Below the pieces are notes generated by a model. The model had not been told where the DNA came from. It searched no databases and was given only the letters and a program-made list of their open reading frames with translations. DNA of 14,009 nucleotides from Armatimonadota bacterium (GTDB lineage: Bacteria; Armatimonadota; Zipacnadia; Zipacnadales; UBA5352). Positions within the stretch are counted from its first letter, which is position 1, and each line of letters starts with the position of its first letter. A program made the position numbers and the translations under genes. The stretch covers positions 1 through 14,009 of the forward strand of contig JAYENL010000043.1 of assembly GCA_034722055.1 (NCBI GenBank), given 5' to 3'. Below are positions 7,542 through 14,009 of the stretch, piece after piece.

Positions 7542-8957
7542 ATGTTCCAGCGCACCATCCTCACTGACGACCACATCGAGCCGCTGGCTGACGCGGTGCT
7601 CACAGTCCTTGAGAAGGTGGGCGTCCTCTGCCAGAACGACGAGCTCATGCAGGCGCTCGACGATGCCGGCGCCGAGGTGGACTACGACACGCAGCGCGTG
7701 CGCTTCCCGCGGCAGATGACCGCGGAGTTCGTGAACGCGATGCGCGCGGAGTACGTAGCCGACGGTCTCACCGAGGTCCCCATGTCCCTGCAGCCGCCAG
7801 GGATGCCCTCCGTGGGCACGCAGGTGGCGCAGTTCTACCACGACTACCGCAGCGGCGAGAGCCGCCAGTCGAATCGCGAGGACCTCGTTACCCTCATCAA
7901 GTTCGGCGACGCCCTGCACGGCGAGCAGGGGGTGGGACACGCGCTGTCGCTGACCGACGTCCCGCCGATGCTGGAGCCACTGGAGGCCGCCATACTGCTG
8001 GCGGAGTACGCCCACGAGCCCGCCGGGGCCTTCGCATGGCACGTGGATCAGATCCCGTACCTCCGGGAGATGGGGGAGATTCTGGGCCGCGAGGAGTGGT
8101 TCGCCTGGGGCGCTATCTGCTTCGCTCACCCCCTGCGCTTCGACCGCGATACGGCCGCCAAGTACGTGGCGCGGGCGAAGGCCGGCCAGCCCTGCGGGCT
8201 CACAGCGATGCCCGTGGCCGGCGTCTCCACCCCGGTGACCGTGGAGGGCTTCGTGGTGGTCTCCATCGCCGAGCACGTCGCCACCTGGATCGCCGGCCGG
8301 GCGGTCAATCCCGACGTGCCGCTGCATGGGAGCATGTGGCCCGGGACCGTGGACATGGCCACCGGGGCAGTCAGCTACTCCGCGTGGGACGCCCTCTTCT
8401 ACGGCTTCGCGGCGGTGGAGTTTGTGCGGCGCTGGATCGGAATGCAGATGCCTATAGGCTCGGGTGAGTACTGCGACGCCAGGGTGCCAGGGCTCTACGC
8501 GGCATTAGAGAAGGCCTACAAGACCATGACCGTGGCGGCCTTTGCGGGGCAGCCACTATCATGCGGCGGCGGGATGGTGGACGAGGGCAAGATCCTCTCC
8601 CCTGTGCAGATCCTGCTGGACCGCGAGTTCGCCTCCGGCTCCACCCACCTGTGCCGGGAGTTCGATCCGTCCCCGGAGAATATCGCCATGGACGAGATCC
8701 TCGAGGTCGGCGTCGCCATGGGCACCAGCCATCTGGAGACGATGCACACGGCGCGACGCTTCCGCGACAGCCTGTGGCTGCCGGAGCTGATGGACCGCTC
8801 CGGGTACGCCGGTTCCGAGCGGGAGGAGCAGATCCTGCAGAAGGCCGCCGACCGCGTGGACGAGCTGCTGGAGAGCTACGAGAAGCCGGAAGGGCGTGAG
8901 GAGCAGCTCACGGCGATGCGCGAGGTCGTGGAGCGCGCACGGCAGGAGCTGCTGTAA
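7542..8957 (+). CDS. Trimethylamine methyltransferase (MttB) superfamily protein, non-pyrrolysine (471 aa)
   Basis: VLTVLEKVGV...AGAEVD...VRFP, HPLRFD, MPVAGVSTPVTVEG, VDMATG, DARVPG...EK, QILLDREF, HLETMHT..RFR are MttB-family hallmarks. No in-frame TAG. AGAGGGG upstream. Confidence 0.9.
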   Translation: MFQRTILTDDHIEPLADAVLTVLEKVGVLCQNDELMQALDDAGAEVDYDTQRVRFPRQMTAEFVNAMRAEYVADGLTEVPMSLQPPGMPSVGTQVAQFYHDYRSGESRQSNREDLVTLIKFGDALHGEQGVGHALSLTDVPPMLEPLEAAILLAEYAHEPAGAFAWHVDQIPYLREMGEILGREEWFAWGAICFAHPLRFDRDTAAKYVARAKAGQPCGLTAMPVAGVSTPVTVEGFVVVSIAEHVATWIAGRAVNPDVPLHGSMWPGTVDMATGAVSYSAWDALFYGFAAVEFVRRWIGMQMPIGSGEYCDARVPGLYAALEKAYKTMTVAAFAGQPLSCGGGMVDEGKILSPVQILLDREFASGSTHLCREFDPSPENIAMDEILEVGVAMGTSHLETMHTARRFRDSLWLPELMDRSGYAGSEREEQILQKAADRVDELLESYEKPEGREEQLTAMREVVERARQELL

Positions 8958-8961
8958 CGGC

Positions 8962-9198
8962 AGCGACGAGCTACCAGCGACAAGCTACAAGCCAACGGCT
9001 GCGAACGGCAGACAGCAGCAGGCAACATCAGATAACGACAGCCAACGACAGAGATGGCAGGCACCGGCGCCCGGTGTGCGGTCGCGTCCCCTCCGTTCCC
9101 GAGGGCTAACGGGCGAGCTGGGCAGCGCGCCGCTCCCTGCGACATGCAGACGCCGTTCCTGCCGTAGCCTCGCAGCTTTTCGCTCGTAGCTCGTCGCT
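8962..9198. repeat. Intergenic element with imperfect terminal inverted repeats built from 7-mers, containing a 10-bp tandem array
   Basis: 8962-8991 matches the reverse complement of 9169-9198 at 26/30 (first 13 perfect). Six 10-bp units at 8992-9051. Confidence 0.75.
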
Positions 9199-9199
9199 C

Positions 9200-10525
9200 T
9201 CAGCCCGGCAGGCAGATGGCCTTCATGGCGTCCAGGAGGGCCTGCGGCTCGTCAGGGCCATAGCTCTCCGCCGACAGCCGCAACGTCGAGTCGAATGGGC
9301 TCTGCCGCGCGATGAGCTTGGCATCATCGCGTCGGGCCATGATCAGCCGATCGTGCAGGCGCTGCACGTCATCAAAGCCCTGTTCAAGGAAGGCCTGCAG
9401 TTCATCCGCGTAGGCGATGAAGTCATCGTCCCACTCGATCTTTTCATTGATGATGTTGATAGCGGGCATCTCCGCGATGACCTCGCTGTAGGGCCGACCC
9501 TCGTGGGTGAGGGCGCTGGTCACCAGGGCCGCGCTGGCCACGGCGTCGCCGCGCAGCGACAGCTCCGGGTAGCCGAAATGCCCGTCCGGCTCAGCGGAGA
9601 ACACCGCGTCATTGTCCTTGATGAGCTGTGCGATGAAGGTCTGCCCCCAGCGGCTGGGGACGATGGTATAGCCCATGGCCTCCACGGCCGCCATGGTGTG
9701 CAGACTGACCCCCACGTTGAGCACCGCCGGGCCGGGCTGTCGCTGGCTGCCGCACAGCAGCTCGATGGTGTAATCCGGCAGCACGTACGCCCCAGTCTCG
9801 TCGAAGGTCACAATCCTGTCGGCATCACCATCGAACGCCAGCCCCATGTCCGCAGCGTGCTCCACGACTGCACGGCCCAGCTTCTCGAGGTGTTCGGGGC
9901 GGGGCTCGGAGGGCCTGGCAGCAAAGCTGCCGTCCGGCTCGCCATTGATCAGAATAACCTCGTGGCCGAGGCGCTCCAGGATCATCTGCACGGCCGGAAT
10001 GGCGGCGCCCCCGCCCGGGTCCACCGCCACCTTCAGGGTGCCGGCGGGCTCGGCCATCGCCACCACCCAGTCCACGTACTGCTCCAGCACGTCATCACAG
10101 GCTCTGATGGCGCCCATCCCGTCCCACGGGGGCCACTGTGCGGGCTCGTTGAGGCGCTCCTTGGCAGCGTCCTCAAGCTCGGGCCACCAGATGTGTGAGT
10201 CGGGCTCCATGAACTGCACGCCGTTCCAGTCCGGCGGATTGTGTGAGGCGGTCACCATGCAGGCCGGCATGGCAGTGTGCTTCCCCCAGGCCGCGATGGC
10301 ACCGGATGGGAGCGTGCCGCAGTCGTTGACGGTCATCCCGGCGCCCGCAAGCCCGCTCATCAACGCGGCCTTGAGCGCAGGGGTGGAGACCCGGTAGTCT
10401 CCCGCGATCGATATCTCGTCGTACCCCTCGTCATGGAAGTGCCGTGCGGCGATCGCTCCCAGCCTGGCCAACACCTCCGGATGCAGATCTCGGCCAGCGA
10501 TCCCCCGGAAGCAGTAAAGCAGCAT
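9200..10525 (-). CDS. Alpha-D-phosphohexomutase (phosphomannomutase/phosphoglucomutase/GlmM family; 441 aa)
   Basis: MVTASHNP catalytic Ser loop, FDGDADR metal loop, AEPDGH at the sugar-binding loop, RQSPFDSTLRLSAE C-terminal domain. GGGAGGG RBS 5 nt before ATG 10525; the upstream extension to 10783 runs through repeats. Confidence 0.92.
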   Translation of the reverse strand: MLLYCFRGIAGRDLHPEVLARLGAIAARHFHDEGYDEISIAGDYRVSTPALKAALMSGLAGAGMTVNDCGTLPSGAIAAWGKHTAMPACMVTASHNPPDWNGVQFMEPDSHIWWPELEDAAKERLNEPAQWPPWDGMGAIRACDDVLEQYVDWVVAMAEPAGTLKVAVDPGGGAAIPAVQMILERLGHEVILINGEPDGSFAARPSEPRPEHLEKLGRAVVEHAADMGLAFDGDADRIVTFDETGAYVLPDYTIELLCGSQRQPGPAVLNVGVSLHTMAAVEAMGYTIVPSRWGQTFIAQLIKDNDAVFSAEPDGHFGYPELSLRGDAVASAALVTSALTHEGRPYSEVIAEMPAINIINEKIEWDDDFIAYADELQAFLEQGFDDVQRLHDRLIMARRDDAKLIARQSPFDSTLRLSAESYGPDEPQALLDAMKAICLPG

Positions 10526-10670
10526 GTGAACCCTCCCTCTCAATCGTGACAGCAACACGCAGCAGGACTGCGCGCGGATCGACGAATGACGACAGCGACG
10601 ACTGTGGACTGCCGGCGGTCCAATGGCCCCCACACGAAGGGCGCGCTCCAACGACAATCGCCCTCCGGCC

Positions 10671-10750
10671 GGGGCTGTGCCCGCGGGAAGAGCGCGCAAA
10701 GGCCTCCGGGGGGCTGTGGCTGCGGGGAGAGACGCATACGCGTCTCCGGG
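10671..10750 (+). repeat. REP-like palindromic element, tandem copies C (degenerate, 10671-10710) and B (10708-10750)
   Basis: GGGGCTGTGCCCGCGGGAAGAGCGCGCAAAGGCCTCCGGG followed head-to-tail by GGGCTGTGGCTGCGGGGAGAGACGC-ATAC-GCGTCTCCGGG. Confidence 0.85.
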
Positions 10751-10807
10751 CGCCCCGCCCGCACGTTCCGCCGACACTACCAACTTGCACCCGGCTCCCC
10801 CGCCGGG

Positions 10808-10836
10808 TTGACAGCCCGCTGAGGCTGTGCTATGTT
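10808..10836 (+). promoter_or_regulatory. Sigma70-type promoter facing the nucleotidyltransferase gene
   Basis: TTGACA (10808-10813) - 17 bp - TATGTT (10831-10836), with an extended -10 TG. Confidence 0.75.
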
Positions 10837-10868
10837 CCGTCGTGAGCTTGATACTTAGCGCCGGGGTC

Positions 10869-10898
10869 AGTCTATAGTGCCCGGCACACTGCTGTCAA
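10869..10898 (-). promoter_or_regulatory. Sigma70-type promoter facing the phosphohexomutase gene
   Basis: Minus strand TTGACA (10898-10893), then TATAGA at 16 bp or TAGACT at 18 bp. Confidence 0.6.
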
Positions 10899-11085
10899 CG
10901 GGAGTCAGCGCCGCCACCCGGAGCGCGCCACGCGTCGCCGGTGGCGACGTTTCTCTTCGCACACCCACTCCTCAATGAACGACAGATAACATCAGACCAC
11001 ACCAGTCACCACACGGCACGGCACCGGACGGCAGACAGCGTCAGAGGACCTCGGCAACGACACGACAGACCTAAAGGGTGAGGCA

Positions 11086-11952
11086 ATGCAGGCTGTAATC
11101 CTCGCTGCCGGGCGCGGAACGCGTCTGCGCCCTATCACCGACCATGTCCCCAAGCCACTCATTCCCTTCTGGGGAAGGCCCTTCATCGAGTACCTCCTCG
11201 AGACCCTCCAGGGCCTGGTGGATGAGGCGATCATCGTCGTCCCCGATAATGACGTCATCCGGCGGCGCCTGGGCGACCGCTTCGGGGAGCTGCCGCTGCG
11301 GTACGCCTGCCAGCCCGTCCCCAACGGCACCGGCGACGCGGTCCTCCACGCCCGGCACCTGGTTGAGGGCCCGTTCCTACTGAACCTCGGCGACACCTGG
11401 GCGCCGCGGGAGACTATGGAGGCGCTCATCGAGTCTCAGGCCGATGTGGTCCTCACCTCCATCGAGGTCGATGACCCGGAGCACCACCTGAGCATCAGCA
11501 CTAATGGCGACGCGCGAGTCATCGGCCTGTGGACGGACGCCACTACAGTGGACGCCGGGGTCTTCCGGCTGTGCCCGGAGATCTTCCACCATCTCGACCG
11601 CCTGCCGCCACGCGGTACAGAGCTGCGGGTGATGCAGGGCATCGATGCCCTGCTCCGAGGTCGAGCCGACGTGCGCACGATCCGAATGCCGCAGCCCTGG
11701 CTGCAGTTCGGCGATCACGAGGGCCTGGGCGGGGTGCTGCGGGTGATGCGGCAGATGCGCGACAGGATCCCGGGGTGTGGGGGAGAGGGGGACCGCAGCC
11801 TCGAGATCGCCACTAGGGACAGCCACATCGCCAACTCCCTGATCTTCGGCCCCGGCGAGGTCGTGGGCTGCACCATCCGCGACAGCCTCATCTACTGCGC
11901 CCGGCGGATCGAGGGCGAAGAGATCGAAGGCGAGATGGGCATTCGGGTGTGA
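11086..11952 (+). CDS. Sugar-phosphate nucleotidyltransferase (NTP_transferase family, divergent) with short C-terminal hexapeptide-like tail (288 aa)
   Basis: MQAVILAAGRGTRLRPITDHVPKPL signature; QPVPNGTGDAV; PFLLNLGD; DAGVFRL; IANSLI..CTIRDSLI. AAGGGTGAGG RBS. Confidence 0.9.
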   Translation: MQAVILAAGRGTRLRPITDHVPKPLIPFWGRPFIEYLLETLQGLVDEAIIVVPDNDVIRRRLGDRFGELPLRYACQPVPNGTGDAVLHARHLVEGPFLLNLGDTWAPRETMEALIESQADVVLTSIEVDDPEHHLSISTNGDARVIGLWTDATTVDAGVFRLCPEIFHHLDRLPPRGTELRVMQGIDALLRGRADVRTIRMPQPWLQFGDHEGLGGVLRVMRQMRDRIPGCGGEGDRSLEIATRDSHIANSLIFGPGEVVGCTIRDSLIYCARRIEGEEIEGEMGIRV

Positions 11953-11960
11953 GCCAGCAG

Positions 11961-12010
11961 TTAACGGCAGACAACATCAGATAACGCCAGATAAAGGCAG
12001 ACAACGGCAG
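11961..12010 (+). repeat. 10-bp-period degenerate tandem array (consensus about AYAACGGCAG)
   Basis: TTAACGGCAG ACAACATCAG ATAACGCCAG ATAAAGGCAG ACAACGGCAG, five units in exact register. Confidence 0.85.
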
Positions 12011-12327
12011 CACGGACTTTGCCGAGCGGTCTGAACGGCCCCTCCGGGGCTCCGCCCGTACGGAGGGGCGGGCAGCCTTGGGTGCCCACCATTGAAGCCG
12101 CGTCGCGGGGATCGCGAACGGCTCGGCGCACCAGAGCCCCCAAAGCCAACGACGGCAGCCCGTCGGTCCGTACGACAAGACAGGCGGCGGGCAGAACGCG
12201 CGGCTGGGGCGATCCACCGGCGCTCCGGATAGCAACGACCGTGCGCGAACGGATGCCTGCCCCGACACCCGCCCTTTCAGCCGGTAGGATGTTCCCGTTG
12301 GGGCACCTTCCACTTGATAGCCTACCT

Positions 12328-13479
12328 TCACAACCAGTCCGGATGCCAGCAGTAGGCGAACTGTGGCGGAAACAGCGCATCCGCGAGCTCGCGTAGCTCG
12401 ACGGAGGTGCCCGACCGCCAGGGCGGAGTGCGGTCGGGGGCAAAGGCCACGTCCCGGGGATCGCTGAGAACATCGTCGAGCGTCCGGTAGCCGACAATGA
12501 GCTGCAGCAACTTCCACTGCTTGAGACCGCTGTGCTTGAGACCGCTGTGCGGTCGCCCCTCGATGGCGTGGTCGGACTCGCTCAGCTCGGCACAGACACG
12601 GGCGGAGCGATTGCTGACGACGATCCCGAAGCGGCCAAGATCCGTCTCCACCAGCATGCTGCCCGAGAGCCCCCTGCCGGCTACGCGCCGCGACAGCTCC
12701 CCCTCGAGCTTGCCCATCAGCTCATCCTGGTTGATGATCCGCATCATGGGCCCGCCATCGGCCTCGGTGGAGATGTGCGTCCGCGCGCCATAGCTCCGGC
12801 AGTGCAACGCGAATTCATGGTCGGCCGGCACACAGCAGCGGATCTCATCCACCTCCCAGCGCGTGGCGCGCCGCCCCAGCTCCGCCAGGATACTGTCCCA
12901 GGCCCGCGCATCCGTGGCGCCCACCTCCGCCACCTCCACCTCGTCCCTGATGGGCGTCACCTCGCCGCTATGCCGGTCAACATGCGCGCTGTCCACCGCG
13001 CAGTATCCGACGATGCGCCCGCGCTCGTTCTCAACCACGAACAGGTCCACACGCGTGAAGAACCGCGTGCCCATGGGGAAGCCCTCTGCCGGCCAGGTCC
13101 AGGGCCGGCGTACGACTGAGCCGGTGCGCGTAGCGTTGGTCTCGTTGTAGATGCGCAGGATGCAGGGCATGTCGCCGTCCTCAAAGGGCCGGCCGGGCAG
13201 CGCGCCCTCAGCGCGAATGGCGGTCTCCGTGGGGATGATCAGGCGCTGGCGCTCGCTCATGAACTCCACGGCCCGCTCCATGACCTGGCGCATGTACCCC
13301 TGGCGGCGGTGCTGCGGCTCGGTCCATACCCCGCCGATGCCGCCCATGCGCACCCGTGCCGAGCCGATGCGCATCTCGCGATCGGCTATGTTCAGCCACG
13401 CCACCTCCTCGCCGTCCAGCCGCCGGGCAACGCGCCAGTCCAGCTTTCCACTGCGGGAGACGTCAGTCTCCGTGGGCAC
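12328..13479 (-). CDS. Eis-like GNAT acetyltransferase with C-terminal SCP2-like domain; apparent internal in-frame deletion (possible pseudogene)
   Basis: MRIGSARVRMGGIGGVWTEPQHRRQGYMRQVM (motif A), second GNAT domain (RPFEDGD...IYNE...GSVVR...GRIVGY), MMRIIN, LLQLIVGYRT, ALFP. GAGGTG RBS before GTG 13479. Confidence 0.85.
   Translation of the reverse strand: MPTETDVSRSGKLDWRVARRLDGEEVAWLNIADREMRIGSARVRMGGIGGVWTEPQHRRQGYMRQVMERAVEFMSERQRLIIPTETAIRAEGALPGRPFEDGDMPCILRIYNETNATRTGSVVRRPWTWPAEGFPMGTRFFTRVDLFVVENERGRIVGYCAVDSAHVDRHSGEVTPIRDEVEVAEVGATDARAWDSILAELGRRATRWEVDEIRCCVPADHEFALHCRSYGARTHISTEADGGPMMRIINQDELMGKLEGELSRRVAGRGLSGSMLVETDLGRFGIVVSNRSARVCAELSESDHAIEGRPHSGLKHSGLKQWKLLQLIVGYRTLDDVLSDPRDVAFAPDRTPPWRSGTSVELRELADALFPPQFAYCWHPDWL
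12518..12550. repeat. Perfect 15-bp tandem duplication in the GNAT gene
   Basis: TGCTTGAGACCGCTG x2 plus TGC; encodes HSGLK-HSGLK on the minus strand. Confidence 0.9.
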
Positions 13480-14009
13480 GCAACCACCTCTGAATCACAG
13501 CAACAGGCTACGAGCTATCGGCGGCCAGCCGACGACAAGGGCGCGACGGCCACGACGAAGGCTGCCTCATACTTGCGCACATGCCCCACTCGCGTAGAGC
13601 TTGCATCCGGACGCCGCTATGCGTACCCTGAACCGACGCTTACCACACTCGCAGGTCCGCAGCAAAGCGCGCCTCAGGGTGCATGCACTTCCCAGGAGAG
13701 GGGCGGAGACCTGCGGGCACGTCTCGGGAGGTGGGGTAGCGCAGAGAGCGAACAGCCTCACAACTGCGCAGAACCTATGTTATGTCATCTTCAGCGCAGA
13801 TGACATGTGGTCCCGGCGCTGTCTGCAGAGGGAAAACGTCGCGGCATGGAGATCGCCGCGCCTGCCCGAAGCGCATTGTGGCGCAGGCTTCCAGGCTACA
13901 GTCGTTGGCAGGCAGGAATCCTAAGTTATGCGCCTTTTTCGGCTTGGCGGGAAGGTTCTCAGTCAGGTCGTGGCGCACCTGTTGGTGAGCGATCATCGGA
14001 GCCTTTCGG

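Noticed and set aside
8992..9051. CRISPR array interpretation of the periodic repeats
   Set aside because: Degenerate 10-bp units with no spacers, and no cas genes.
10526..10783. 86-aa N-terminal extension of the phosphohexomutase
   Set aside because: It runs through REP-like repeats and is low-complexity; a strong RBS precedes ATG 10525.
12021..12133. tRNA or tmRNA-like cloverleaf ending in ACCA
   Set aside because: No T-loop GTTCRA or D-loop signature; arm lengths and CCA spacing do not fit.
13457..13725. GAGAC..GTCTC dyads at 13457-13470 and 13706-13725 as further REP copies
   Set aside because: Only a 5-bp core; the conserved 5' arm and full 7-bp stem are absent.
13770..13783. LexA-box-like AGAACCTATGTTAT (and CTGTACATGTGTGTAG at 549-564)
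   Set aside because: Each has a mismatch at a core position, and no SOS gene is evident nearby.
13841..13900. Fluoride-riboswitch-like GGCATGGAGATCGCC
   Set aside because: Lacks the conserved GATG register and the 3' GCTRATGRC pseudoknot segment.

Overview
High-GC bacterial window. The pilin-like DUF1559 gene has an Armatimonadota-style N-terminus, so that lineage is my inference. Nine credible CDSs: a His-rich thioredoxin-like membrane protein, two secreted glycoside-hydrolase-like proteins, a DUF1559/prepilin-type protein, a tandem ribbon-helix-helix protein, a non-pyrrolysine MttB-family methyltransferase, a divergent phosphohexomutase / sugar-phosphate nucleotidyltransferase pair, and an Eis-like GNAT with an apparent internal deletion. 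A perfect parS site (5511-5526) suggests an origin-proximal chromosomal location. The most striking signal is non-coding. A ~42-bp REP-like palindromic element (GAGACGC-loop-GCGTCTC) occurs four times, and one copy sits in frame inside a gene, adding 14 residues. Intergenic regions also carry a 10-bp-period repeat family, a 7-bp repeat family forming long inverted repeats, and face-to-face sigma70 promoters. All calls come from reading the sequence by eye; no database searches were run.
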